From: Octopus sinensis | Taxonomy: Eukaryota | Length of the DNA: 64,000 nucleotides | Assembly: GCF_006345805.1 (NCBI RefSeq) | Contig: NC_043008.1 | Coordinates: forward strand, 52,824,001-52,888,000 | Direction: 5' to 3' | Part shown: in pieces, positions 25,600 through 38,540 of the stretch | How positions within the stretch are numbered: position 1 is the first letter of the stretch | Layout: the number at the start of each line of letters is the position of its first letter | Notes under the pieces: model-generated | The model's database searches: none | Told to the model about the DNA's origin: nothing | What the model saw: only the letters and a program-made list of their open reading frames with translations | Program-made: the position numbers and the translations under genes

Positions 25600-25935
25600 C
25601 ATCGTCATCATCATCCAGTGTTTTAAATTCGGGTTTTGTTCGCGCTAACGGGGTGGCCAAATCTACCTCAATGCCATAGCAACTGCCCTCACACCATCTT
25701 GCCCAGTTTTGGGCATCTTTTTTTCAAACCAAGCTTCCCAATCTCCTCTTCTACTTGTCCCTTCCACCTTTTTCTCAGTCTACCCCGTTTTCACGCTCCA
25801 TTTACCTCAAACACAATCACCTCCCTCAGAACATGCTCTTCATCCTTCCTCAACACATGTTCATACCACCTCACTCCATTCGCCCTTGACAACCATTCCA
25901 CCAATTCCTCCAACCCCAGCATTCCCGTATTTAAA
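25600..25935 (-). mobile_element. 5'-truncated RTE-clade LINE 3' end (third RTE lineage) with a (GAT)n tail
   Basis: Reads ANGVRWYEHVLRKDEEHVLREVIVFEVNGA*KRGRL(fs)RWKGQVEEEIGKLGL, matching the RTE LRWxGHVxR...RxRGRP motif. Confidence 0.8.
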
Positions 25936-26713
25936 TTAAAACCTTACATCATACATTTTACTTATGAACATCTTATTTAAAATGACATTGTAAACACCTG
26001 GTTTAAACAAATATTTGGTGAGATTTTAAATCTCTGCAAATTCTTCAGTTTTCTTAAAATTTCATTTTATTGATTTTTTTTTTTTTAACTAATTGAAATA
26101 CAGAACCAAGTATATTTAATGATAAATATGGGAAGAAAAGGGATTAAGAAATTAAATGGTTTGAAAACACACACATACACAAATTTATATAAAGGAAAAA
26201 ACAATAGACGAAGATGAAACAAATGAATTAATGAAAAACTGCAAGTAAATTGAGCACAGATAAATGAGATTATATCTAATTTAATTAATTGTCTTGGAGA
26301 GAATTATGATCTCAGATACATAATTGCTCCAAGAGGAATTTGAAACATGCCTGAAATGAAACGGCCAAACAATGTGATAGACTGAAAAGAATTTAGAAAT
26401 CAAAAGAAACCAGCTAATAATAATATTATTATTACAATAATGATGATAATAATAATAATGATAAAATATTGACTATATAATTAATAATTGAGTAATTGTA
26501 TATATGGATATGAATCATCAGAACAACCCTGCTCTCTCCATTTTTTATACTATATTTCTTTGATTTGGTAGGGTCAGGTTTTGAGAGAGATTGGGAGAAG
26601 TGGGGAGCGGTTTTCTTTTATTTTTTCCCCCTATATTCTTTTTACTTGCTGAGTCTTGAGGGAAGAGAAGTGCTTATGAGTTTTTCACCTAGAATGGTGA
26701 GATTCATGCCATT

Positions 26714-27521
26714 AATATTTCTCTTGAGCCTTTAAGTCAACACCTGTGTGGTATAGACATGAGCAACGTTTGGATTGCAGAGGATTGATAGTCTGGGAAG
26801 GAAAAACACTATTAGAGTGAGGGTCCTGGAGAAATTAGACACAAAAGTAAAAACAGAGGAACAGAAATAAGCAGTTCAGGAAGTGGTACAACCCTAACAA
26901 CTCTAAGGAGGAATAGCAATAATATTATAGTATTAAAAACAATAATAAACCATAAAATAAAGTTTTATTTCTCAAAATGAATCAAAGCAATGAAAAATAT
27001 TTACTTTTGTATACTTCTATTTTATTTATATTCGAAAAGTTTTCTATTTTTTTTTAATTGCAAAGTCTTTGATCAGATCCTCAAAATTAATCTTATGTAA
27101 CAAATCTGATAATTATATTTCTGATTATGTAAATCACTTTGAACATTATTTTAGCAAGTTTCAAGTGATTTTTTTGTGTGTGTGTGCTATAAACCATTTA
27201 CCATTTCTGTGGTGGCCCAATTTTTTTTGATGCCCTTAGTATGTTCTTATTTTGCTTAATGGTTAATCCAGCACTGATTCACCTAATGTATCACTTTGCT
27301 ATTAGAACCCTATAGTTAGGAAGAGAACCAGGTTCAAATATAACATGTTACTCCATAATATTTCTCTTGAACCTTTAAGTCAACACCTGTGTGGTATAGA
27401 CATGAGCAAGGTTTGGATTTGAGGGGATTGATAGTCTGGGAAGGAAAAACACTATTAGAGTGAGGGTCCTGGAGAGATAGACACAAAAGTAAAAACAGAG
27501 GAACAGAGATAAGTGGTTCAG
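26714..27521 (+). repeat. About 165-bp direct repeat (26714-26880 and 27357-27521)
   Basis: About 90% identical by eye, offset 643 bp. Confidence 0.9.
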
Positions 27522-27724
27522 AGATAAATATAATAAATATATTGGGGAAAAAAATACTCAAATTTGAGCCTCCAGTATATGACAGATACTGTATGTTATT
27601 GACCCCAGAAAGATAAAAAGCAAATTTTACGGACCTTGGTGGGATTTGAACACACGATGTTAAAAGCTGGAATAAATATTGCAAGGCATGCTCTAATTAT
27701 TCTGCCAATGAGCTACTCAGAGTA

Positions 27725-27937
27725 ACTCTTTAACATTTAAACTGGCTATACCAGGCCCAAATGTTCTGTTTTGTGCTCAAACCAGAACAGATCTGGCATC
27801 TCACACCTACACTACAATGTCATTCTAAAAATAATCATAGCATTGAAATCTTGAATGTATGAGACGATACAGGATTAATTCAAAACAATGTGAATAAATA
27901 AGCATTACATCTGACAGAATAATCTGAATGCTAAAGA
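27725..27937 (+). mobile_element. piggyBac-like MITE family 1, diverged copy
   Basis: Degenerate ends CTCTTTAACATTTAAAC ... GAATGCTAAAGAG; the body is colinear with 28295-28739. Confidence 0.7.
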
Positions 27938-28294
27938 GTAAAGCATCCATGAACAGCTTGGGAGATCATCTTGTTTGAAGAAAAATTAATGTAGACTACA
28001 GTAATTTTTTTTAAATTAACAAATCAACATTTTAAATATTTTGTTTTCTGTCTTATATTCACAGTTGTTGTTGTTGTTGAACTTTGAGTCAGATCTAGCA
28101 GGCAAACAGAGAAATATGGTCAAAGATATTCCAACAATAACCATTGTAGCCATCCCCTCTTTTTAAAGGTATCTAGGAATTATTTTATCTAAAGCAGGGT
28201 GTTTTTTGTTTTTAGGTAGTGTGATTCAATGGTTATTTCTACCAGGTCAAGTAATCACATAGATGCTAAATATATAAAAGAAGAGCTTATTTAA

Positions 28295-28739
28295 CCCTTT
28301 AGCATTTAACCCTTTAGTGTTCAGATTATTCTGTCAAATGTGATATTTGTTTATTTATATTGTTTTGAATTAATCATGCATTATCTTGTAATTTAGAGAT
28401 TTCAGTGATGCTATTTTTTAGTTTTAGAATGACATGGTAGGGCTGAGGTGAGAGGCGAGAGCTGGTCAGTTTCAATATAAAACAGATTAAATATTTTGGC
28501 CGGATATGGCCAGTTTGAATGCTAAAGGGTTAAACCAGCCATATCCAGCCAAAAGTATTCTGCCTGTTTTATTTTCAAACTGGCCAGATCTGGTCTCTCA
28601 CACAAACCTTACACTATCCTTCTAACAATTAACAGCTACCTCATCAAAATCTCATAGCTACAAGATAATACATGATTAGTTCAAAACAATGTGGATAAAA
28701 AAGGATTAATTTTGGAAGAATAATGCGAACACTAAAGGG
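28295..28739 (+). mobile_element. piggyBac-like MITE family 1, outer copy
   Basis: TTAA TSD at 28291-28294 and 28740-28743; termini CCCTTTAG ... CTAAAGGG. Confidence 0.85.
28310..28529 (-). mobile_element. piggyBac-like MITE family 1, inner copy (220 bp, inverted)
   Basis: TTAA at 28306-28309 and 28530-28533; the body is the reverse complement of the outer copy. Confidence 0.85.
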
Positions 28740-30169
28740 TTAAACAGAGAAGGATGTAAAATGAAAAAATAAGAAGAAAACATGGACTGAGAGAGAAAAA
28801 GGCATGGAGTGAAAGGGAGAGAAAGTGAGAGGGAGAAAAGAAAGGGAACTAACAAAGATGAAAAGGAAAAATCTAAATCTAAGAGAAAGAAAAGAAACCA
28901 GTGACTTCATATTTTTATTTTGAACTGAATAACACGACAAATAAATAATAAATGACAGGATGTAAAGACGATAGAGTAGTTCATTGTTTTTTTACGTTTA
29001 ATTTCTTCTTTTCTCATAATATATCACAGACAGAATTTCAAATTTGATGCTTGCTTCTACATAAAAATGTAATAATATATACATAAAAAAATGTAGTAAA
29101 AATATTGGGAGAAAATACTAATAAACACAAGAGTACTATCCAGTATAGGGGAAGAGGACACGCATTGTTAACAGGGTCACTAAACTGACCCTCATTACTT
29201 TAGCGCAGTGAGATAAAAGGGGAAACTACCCATTTTGGTTCTTTGAAATGGGAGACTCATTCTAATAAACAAGGAAGACTAATTAATCCCAGCTGTTATT
29301 GGTAAGAATTCTAAGGAGAGTCATAGATTCGTGAACACATAACTCATAAAATATTTATGTGCAACATGCGTTGTGTATATATGAGTGAAAATTACATGCA
29401 CACATAGATATACATACATGCAAGCATGCATATCTCTGGGTTTGCATTTGTATATGTTTGGAAACAAGAAACTTTGGCATTTCATTACATTATCAAAAAC
29501 CAAAGAGCATTATACATTACTGATTTTTACCAAACATGCTATAAGCCATATCAAGGTATTGTAAGGCTTCCTAGCTGAGTCGATGTTGCTGCTGCTGATG
29601 ATGATAATGTGGATGATGTTGATGGGGATGATGTTAATGTTAGTAGGGGTAACCCCACCTCCAGCTTGTTTCAGTTAATATTGAATTCTATAATTAACTG
29701 TGCTAATAATTAAGCAATTAATTTTTGTTTTCCTTATCTGTAACAAGTATAATGAATAGATTAACTGTTTAATAGAGGGATGTATATCAATAGGAGATTA
29801 CTTCAATTTAATTTTGGGAGGTAAAAATGGAGCAAAAAAACTGTGATACCTTCTACCTGAATGATTGGATACCTACATCATGTAGAAATAAAGAAAAAAA
29901 AAGAAAAAATAGAAACAGTTTTAAACTGAGAATTAAAACCAATTCATTGACTTGGGTGTCTGAAAGCTTACATTCTACAAGACATTTCCATAACACAATA
30001 TTTAACACTGAACTATAATAAAAAATTTGACACATTATTTTGTAGATCTCCCTCATCACATGTAACTGAAGGATAAACTGAAAAGAGTGAGAAGCAAAAA
30101 TTCTAAAATAACTAAAGTAGCCAATTACTTAGTTTAAAATGTAACATTTGAAGAATTAAATGAGAGAAT

Positions 30170-30470
30170 ATAAAATAATAATGTTTACAGTGCTCAGGTG
30201 CAATACAACTCATCGGAAAATGTAACTAAAAGTGCATAAACAGACCATGAAATAATGCAAAGGAAGTGAGTCATTAAAAGAAAAAGGGCCAGTTATCAGG
30301 TGTATTGTTGTTGGTGAATTTTGGGAAACATGGAAGTTTTCAGAAAGATATTGTGTCTCAACGGCTAACAACTAATGTGAGTAGTTTATTCCGTGCTTCA
30401 ACAAATCAGAGTATGAAAAAATTAGAAAATATTAGAATCAAATCATTCACTGGTTCTGATAATCAAACCA
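30170..30470 (-). mobile_element. Old CR1-type LINE 3' end, same family as 34040-34440
   Basis: Shares TACAGTGCTCAGGTGCA, ATCAGGTGTA, CATGGAAGTTTT, CTAACAACT and TGCTTCA with the 34 kb copy. Confidence 0.7.
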
Positions 30471-33400
30471 CTTCCCACAAGACACTGATTTCAGTCCAAG
30501 AAATACTGAAACCATGATAGTCATGTTTTTAGAGCAGAAGTCAGCAACAAAATGGACCACTGGGGGTGTTTGCTGTGGGCTTCAGACTTTTTTGGAAAAT
30601 AGTTCTCTTTTTTTTTTCAAATGTGATGTCTTCATAGGTCATTGAGCAGTTGATGGCTCTTTGATAAATTCTGTGCATCAAGATTTCTTTAAATTTTGCT
30701 TATATAAGCAAGCATTGTCAGTGATAGAAATAGATAGGGTATAGCTGGAATATAAAATATAAGGTATCATTATCACTATTTAACCTCCACTTTTCATGCA
30801 GGCATAGGTTAAATAGTTTGACTGGGGCTGGCAAGCCAGAAGACTGTGCCAAACTGTCTGCTTTGGCATGGCTTCTACAGCTGGATACCCTTCTTAAAGC
30901 GAACCACTTTACAGAATGTAATGGACGTTTTCTACATGGTATCAATTAGGTCCAAGTAGCTTACAAGACAAAACCCTGCCTCTACTGAGAAGGGAGCAAC
31001 ATTGAGAGAAATAGTCTTGTGCCAAGGGATGAAAAGTTAGACTATGGTACAGGGAGAAACCAAAGAGTCTTGCAATAGAGAAGGACATGACTACTCCAGT
31101 AGGAAAAAGAGGAGAGATATATATCAACCAATATAACAGTATAGTCTTTTGGATATAATGTCTATGATATTTGTGTATAACTGCAACCCTGTTCTATATA
31201 GATATATGCAGTAAATTAATGTGGATCCTGTTGAAGTTTCATACAAAGTCAGCTACTAATCAGAGCTAAAGAATGCTAAAATTAAGTGAAAGCTTAGTTT
31301 TTGGTTTTGTTCTGTATGTAAGGTTGCCATAAGAGTCTTGTCAGTTATTGTGGAGTATCAAACTTTTCTAATACTCTGCTCTTCTCATTTCTCTCAATGA
31401 ACATTTAATATAGTTTTTGTAACTACAGAGATTGGCAGTCCAAAATATGATGGAAAAAAAAACAATGTTGTTTGTAAACATTGCTTTATTGCAAATCCTA
31501 AAGTAGTAATATGAAGAAGAAAAACTGTCAATAGCCACAAATTAATTACTTGAATCAGTTGTAAAACTCATACCAAATTGGAGCCATTGCCCTGATTGGC
31601 CATGAGATAAATGATTCTCTTTAGTCACTAAGTCATTAATTTTCCTATTTTTGGCCATTTTCTGAGGGTGGGGGGAACTATTCAAAACGATATACAATAC
31701 TTGGCAAATGTACAGTTCTCAATCAAATATATATAAACATATATACATAGGCTATTATCATGGAGAAGAGTGGATTCAAAAGACACTGGGTAATTGTTAA
31801 GGGTGCAACTTTAAGATAGGACACATGCCAACAAGGCATTGTTCTACATATTCTGCGGATAAAGAAGGTCATTGTACATGAAAACGTTCATTCTCTTTAC
31901 TTATTTCTCTTTCCATTTCTCAGACTATTGTTTGCAGCAGCTGATGATGTTGCAAATGTTATTTTTGGATAACAACAAATTGATAATGATCCAAAAGGAA
32001 GACCCTAATACCATAACAATACATTTGTTTGTCATTGATGAGCAAGAAAAATATACAGGTTTTTTTTATTTTAGAAAAGCAAAAAAATATAAACGTCTAT
32101 ATTTTTCTTGCTCTTTTAATTTCGTGTTTTTTGTTTTTATCCCCCAAAAATATTTTCAAACCTATTGACAAACATTATATGGCAATATTTCAGCAAAGAA
32201 ATATGGCAATTTTCAAAATAATAAAAATGCTAGAGCAATTCAGAAAATTACCTGTAACTCTGCTATTGATTGGTATAATAAGCTAATGTTTGGAGTACTA
32301 TTTAGGTTCTAAGATAAAAAAAAAGAAAAAAGATTACAATGGAATGTCTGTGGGTTGGTAACATATGTGACCACAGGCAGTCTTGAGTGGCATGTTGTAT
32401 GGTATGCAAAGAGTTTCAGACAAGCTTAGACAGATAAAAAAAAGTTGGAAGCTATATTTACCAACTCAGATACAAGAACTTCATTGAATCTCTTATTTTA
32501 TCTAAATTTGTTGTTTTATTTTTTTTCATCTTCATATTATTCTGGAGACTAATGTTTTTTCTTTTCTTGCTGATTAAGAGTAAATTAGATGTAAATAATG
32601 TTCATTTATCTGGGGACCATATCATATATTTTGGGGATTCTTACACATTGGACGTCCATAATTCAGAAATACTATCAACAAACTAATGTAGGAAATAGGA
32701 TATAGTGCCCGAGTAATCTTGCTCCTTACACAATCCATGGGCTGGATATGAATTAAGAACTGGAAGTTATCCAACTCTTAAGAAAATAATATATCATTAG
32801 GTGTCTGATTTTCTCACTTCATAATACTTATGCTATCAATCCCACATAAACTGAGGATAAAAGACCAAGGATATCACTTGTCTACTAATACAACACACTG
32901 ACTGTGGTAAGATTTGAACTCATGATCTTCTGGAAAAGTCTAGCAATAATAACCTTACAAACACCTTCTTTCATACATTCCTCTTTAGGGATGAGAATGA
33001 GATTGCCAATGCTTAACCCAAAACAAAACACTCTCTTGTTAAAGAGAAATGATCTATCACCAACTATTTAGTGTTGGAGCTACAATAAAATGTACCCAGG
33101 ATATACTATAAAGTTGGTGCTATGGAGGGCATTCAGTCACAGAAATCAGACTAAAAATATAACTACAAAGCAAGATGCTGACCCCCACCACATACAAGCT
33201 GTCAATGAGTGCAGTAACTCTGAATAAAAACAAACTCAGATCATGTGGATCCATCCATTTCATACCAACATAGAAAGCAGGCATAAAACAATGAGGATGA
33301 AGGATGATTATAGTTTCAATGTGATAGACTAATAATTTATTAACCCTACAGGCATAACTTGAAGTCAGAAAGTTGAGTTAGCAATACCAAATGACAATTA

Positions 33401-34039
33401 AGTTAGCCCTGTTCTTTATCATAATCACCTTACCAACTAAATTATTTAAAAGAAAGGTTATCTATTTTGCAGAATAATTTCAACCAGTACCAAGAGTTGC
33501 TGCTGGTTGAGTCGACAGCATGTCAGGTCTAGCCAGGGTCTCACATTACACCATGAAAACTTTCAACAAAAAAGCTGTCAAATCTTTCTCAAATCATAAC
33601 CTACCATCATTAAAAAATTAAGATGCATTGAATAATATACCTCTAGATATGTTATGCCAAAAATTAAAAATAACAGGGTTGTCACAGCTGAAATGCTTTT
33701 CGTTATAGGTTTATACAATAAGGATTGACTTGGAGTTAAACAGTAACAACACTGAACATGCCTCCATGCTAGAAATAGTAACCAAATAACTCGCCTCAAA
33801 TCACAATCCTCAATATTTTTCTTCTTACTTGAAATTTGGGGTTGGAGGGGCTAGCTGATAACATCAACCCCAGTGCCCAACTAGTACTCATTTTAGTGAC
33901 CTTGAAAGGATGAAAGTTAATGTCAACCTCAGTAGAATCTGAACTAAAGGGTTGGAGAAATATCATAGAGCATCTGGTCCAGTGCAGGAACAATTGTCAA
34001 CTTGCTGCCTTAACACAATTCTCAATATATATATAATGA

Positions 34040-34440
34040 AATTATTGTATACAGTGCTCAGGTGCACCACAACTTGTCAAAAGTGCATATAAAGTATATG
34101 CATTAATGTACAAATGTCTGGGAAGTGAATAGTGTATAAGTCAGATACATGCTTGTGTGTGTATGGAGGGGGGAAAATCAGGTGTAGTGCTGGCGAATCT
34201 CAGGAAGCATGGAAGTTTTGAAGGATGCAGTGCTCCGACAACTAACAACTGATGCCGGCAGTCTGTTCCATGCTTCAGCAACTCTTAGCGTGAAAAAGTG
34301 TTTCCGAAAGTCATGGAAGCTGTGCTGTTTTCTGACTTTGTAAACATGTCCACGGGTGTTAGACAGGTGGAGTTTGAAAAGGTGCTCAGAGTTATTTATT
34401 GCTTGTAAGATGGTTAATAATTTTATGGGTGTCTGCCAAG
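34040..34440 (-). mobile_element. 5'-truncated CR1-type LINE (ORF2 C-terminus plus 3' UTR)
   Basis: Reads SEHLFKLHLSNTRGHVYKVRKQHSFHDFRKHFFTLRVAEAWNRLPASVVSCRSTASFK, containing the TRGH and FFTLRVxxAWNxLP motifs. Confidence 0.9.
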
Positions 34441-34859
34441 TCAGCTGCCAAAGAAAATGCTGGAAGTACACATTGGATAATGTCATCCTAGATACACAAT
34501 GTCTCAGTAAAAAATGGGATTGTCATGAACAGAATTTCTTTGATCAGAAGTCTGATTTGGGCAGAGCTGACATGAAACTTAAACAGCCACAACAACAACA
34601 ATTTCTCAAGAGATTGCTTGAAGTGAGTATGGAAACCTAATTTAGCAACAATGCTTCAGAAATGATTACATACCGAAATGATTACAAAACAAAAATAATT
34701 ATGCTATATTTGTTCCATAATAAAGCTCTAACCATAAATACAATTTCACACAGCACTGACCATTTCCAATATAGAAATCGGCAAAATATAATGTCAAATC
34801 CATCTCTCCGCTAACGCAATTATTTTCAATTAATACACTATGATTACTGCTACCTCAGC

Positions 34860-35380
34860 AACTAATACCATCACCCTACAGCAACAACCACATCTACTAT
34901 ATATACAACCGACAACACCACCAGACAGTACAACAACCACAACAACTATCACCAACACCATTAGACAGTGAAATGACCACCTCTACAACTACTACCAGCA
35001 CTACCACTATCCCATGACAAAGATTACTGCAATTATACTGTAATGATAACCAACACTGTGATAACTACCACCTTTACTATTACTACTACTATTATTACCA
35101 CAACTACCAACACCACGCTTCCATTTCCATAGCAACCACCACTGCCAATATGAATAACCATGGTTACGAATACTTCCACTACTACTAATGCTACAATCAC
35201 CCTGACACCACCACCACCCCCATCTTCTAACAAAACTACTTCAAACACTTCCTTCTACCTGTACTATTATTACCATAATTGTTGCACCAACTATTACAGT
35301 AACAACAACAGCCTATACAACTCACACACCCTTTCAATTCATACAACACTACTGCTACCACTGACCACCACCACCACCAC
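34860..35380. repeat. Degenerate (ACT/ACC/AAC)n low-complexity tract
   Basis: Direct reading. Confidence 0.75.
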
Positions 35381-36287
35381 AGCAAAAACCAGTATTAAGG
35401 TTTGGTCAATATATCACAAAGATTTTATTTTATTTTTACATATCTGTACACATACACATATGTAATACATACATACATACACACACACGTTTGTGTATAT
35501 ATATATATATATAAATATATATATACATACACACACAGGCATATATCTGTTTACATCCATTTAGCTCAACATTTATTTATGTCAAAACCAAACCAGCCTT
35601 TTTATGTTAATCAATACCAATAAAACCAGCCTCAAGTTTCATAACATTGTACAAAAACTATAGAAATTACCTTTTATTGATATTTTGTTTTTGGCGGGGA
35701 TGGGGGAAGGGGCCTCCTTTTTTTTGTCTTTTTTCCTTTTCCTTCTTGCCCTGCATCACTGAATTCCAAAATTAACTGGAATTTCAGTCCTCTACCCCCA
35801 CCTCAACCCCCATTCCAACTCACCCCATTATTTTTTATTCTGACCATATCGCATTCCTAAATCAGTCAACCAGTTAAACAAGCTTTGGCTAATTAAAAAT
35901 CGTACTGTTACCTTTTGCATACGTAGATGGGCTTATTTTGTTTGTTCAATTTGGGTTGTTTTTTTGTCGAATTCTTTGTTGTTTTTTTTATTTTGTTTCT
36001 TTTTTTTTTGGTAGATTGGTAGGGGCAAAATAAATAATTATAATAATTGCAGGAATAGCTATCACTGGTCAGAAATTTCTGAACTAATGGAATCTAAAAT
36101 CTACTGTTACCTATTTCATCTTTCATGTGTATGTCGTGCTCTCTCTCATGCGTGCGTGTAAAGGAATGGGGATTTGGAATCCAGGCTGGTACCTTATTAG
36201 CATGCTAATATAATGCAAATCTGGTTAACCACATCAAATGATAAGAAGGGATATATAGAGTCTTAATTCTTTATTTTGAACAATATG

Positions 36288-36319
<32 letters not shown>

Positions 36320-36322
36320 TAT

Positions 36323-36630
36323 CACATGATCACATGACCGACCAGGCTATCAGATGTTGTTACACATCGCTGGTCACAATGCTGTTCGCATTGTTTTAGC
36401 TTTCAAATGACACCACCCTCTGGCTAAGCGGGCAGGCCAACAGAAGAAAGAATGAGAGAAAGTTGCAGTGAGAGAGTACAGTAGGGATCGCCACCACCCC
36501 CTACAGGAGCCTCGTGGAGCTTTAGGTGTTTTTGCTCACTAAACACTCACAACGCCCTTTCTGGGAATCGAAACCGCGATCCTACGACCGCGAGTCCGCT
36601 GCCCTAATCACTGGGCCATTGCGCCTCCAC
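36323..36630 (-). mobile_element. SINE family E (tRNA-derived), inserted in a (TA)n tract
   Basis: Reverse complement starts GTGGAGGCGCAATGGCCCAGTGATTAGGGCAGCGGACTCGCGGTCGTAGGATCGCGGTTTCGATTCCC (A and B boxes). (TA)n on both sides. Confidence 0.85.
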
Positions 36631-36649
36631 ATATATATATACATACACA

Positions 36650-36682
<33 letters not shown>

Positions 36683-37084
36683 ACACACACAGAGGATTCT
36701 TCTGTTTTCAGTGTATGAAGGTCCAACAGCCTGTAGCTGTTACACTACCCACACAGATAATTTGTTTCCAGCGATGAAAGTTTGTGTAGGCCCTGCAGCA
36801 CACAGATAGCAAAATGTTGGTGCAAATATTTGCCACAAACTCAAAGGACAATATACCTGTCGCCTTCAGGTAGAATCAGTATGATACTGAGTACAACAAA
36901 GCTAGCCATTTGTAATCTATATGCTGGGTTTCCACACAGTTTCCATATTAAAATGAACTTTTGCAAGATGCCATGCAATGGGAATTGAACTTAGTACTCA
37001 TGATTGCAAAGAATTTCTCAGCCAGGCTTATATACTCGCACACTTTGTGTATTACGCATAAGATTATATTTCAATTTGTTTTTA

Positions 37085-37680
37085 CAGGTACACGAATGGC
37101 TCTGTGGTAAGAAGCTTGCTTCCCAACCACTTGGTTCCAAGTTCAGTCCCCTTAGGCAAGTGTATTCTACTACAGCCTTGGACCAAACAAAACCTTGTAT
37201 GTGGATTTTGGTAGACAGAAACTGAAAGGCGGCGGTGAGCTGGCAGAAATGTTAGCACGCTGGGCGAAATGCTTAGCAGTATTTCGTCTGCCATTATGTT
37301 CTGAATTCAAATTCCGCCGAGGTCGACTTTGCTTGTCATCCTTTCGGGGTCAATAAATTAAGTACCAGTTATGCACTGGGGTTGATATAATCGACTTAAT
37401 CCCTTTGTTTGTGCTTGTTTGTCCCCTCTATATTTAGCCCTTTGTGGGCAATAAAGAAATAAGAAACTGAAAGAAGCATGTCGTGTGTGTGTGTATGTAT
37501 TTGTCCCCAATTACTACTTGACAACCGTAGCTGGTGTGTTTACATCCCAGTAACTTAGCAGTTCAACAAAAGAGAACAGCAGAATAAGTACTAGGCTTAA
37601 AAAGAATAAATACTGAGAAAAATACTTCAAGGCATTGCTCTGGCATGGCTGCAGTCTAATGACTGAAATAAGTAGAGAAT
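37085..37680 (+). mobile_element. SINE family A hosting a SINE-B insertion
   Basis: The A body is split at AGAAACTGAAAG. Confidence 0.8.
37229..37461 (+). mobile_element. SINE family B, young, with a 12-bp TSD
   Basis: GGCGG..GAGCTGGCAGAAA head and TTTAGCCC..TGTGGGCAATAAAGAAATA tail. TSD AGAAACTGAAAG at 37217-37228 and 37462-37473. Confidence 0.9.
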
Positions 37681-37974
37681 AAAGGACATCCAAACAGATA
37701 CGTTTTATATGTAAAATAAGGTAGAGAAGACACTTTAATCTTTCCAAGATCATTACAACTTATCTGGAGCTGGTGCTATAATAAAATGCAATCCCAGGAG
37801 ACTCAGAGTGGTTAGCAATAGGAAGGCCATACAGCCATAGAAAACAGTCTATAAATGGTAAAACATGCCCCCCCCCCACAAAACACACACACAACCCATC
37901 GAGATGGTCAATAACTCCAAATAAAAACTTGTTTGTGATAACCAATCTAACCCATGTTGTGTATAAAATCAGAC

Positions 37975-38540
37975 ATGGTGGTAGTGGTGATGAAGATGAT
38001 GATGGTGGTGATGAGGGTGATGATGATGGTAGTAATGTTGAAAATTATGGTGTTGAAGATTATGATGATGGTGGTGGTGATGGTGATTGATGATAATGAT
38101 TGATGATGATGGTGATTGTGATCAGTGATGATTGGTGATGATGGTGACTGGTGATGATAGTGATTGGTGATGATAGTGATTGGTGATGATAGTGACTGGT
38201 GATGATAGTGATTGGTGATGATAGTGACTGGTGATGATAGTGATTGGTGATGATAGTGATTGGTGATGATGGTGGTTGGTGATGATGGTGGTTGGTGATG
38301 ATAGTGATTGGTGATGATAGTGACTGGTGATGATAGTGATTGGTGATGATAGTGATTGGTGATGATAGTGATTGGTGATGATAGTGACTGGTGATGATGG
38401 TGGTTGGTGATGATGGTAGGTTGGTGATGATGGTGGTTGGTGATGATGGTGACTGGTGATGATGGTGGTGGGATGACGGTGGTGACGGAGATGATAACAG
38501 TGAAGAAAATGAATATGAAGATGATAATGAAAACGATGAT
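37975..38540. repeat. (GAT/GGT)n tract containing a 16-bp minisatellite (TGATTGGTGATGATAG)n at about 38125-38465
   Basis: About 20 units read directly. Confidence 0.92.

Noticed and set aside
36560-36630. Possible tRNA gene (also other tRNA-like heads)
   Set aside because: There is no complete cloverleaf, and each head continues into a SINE body.
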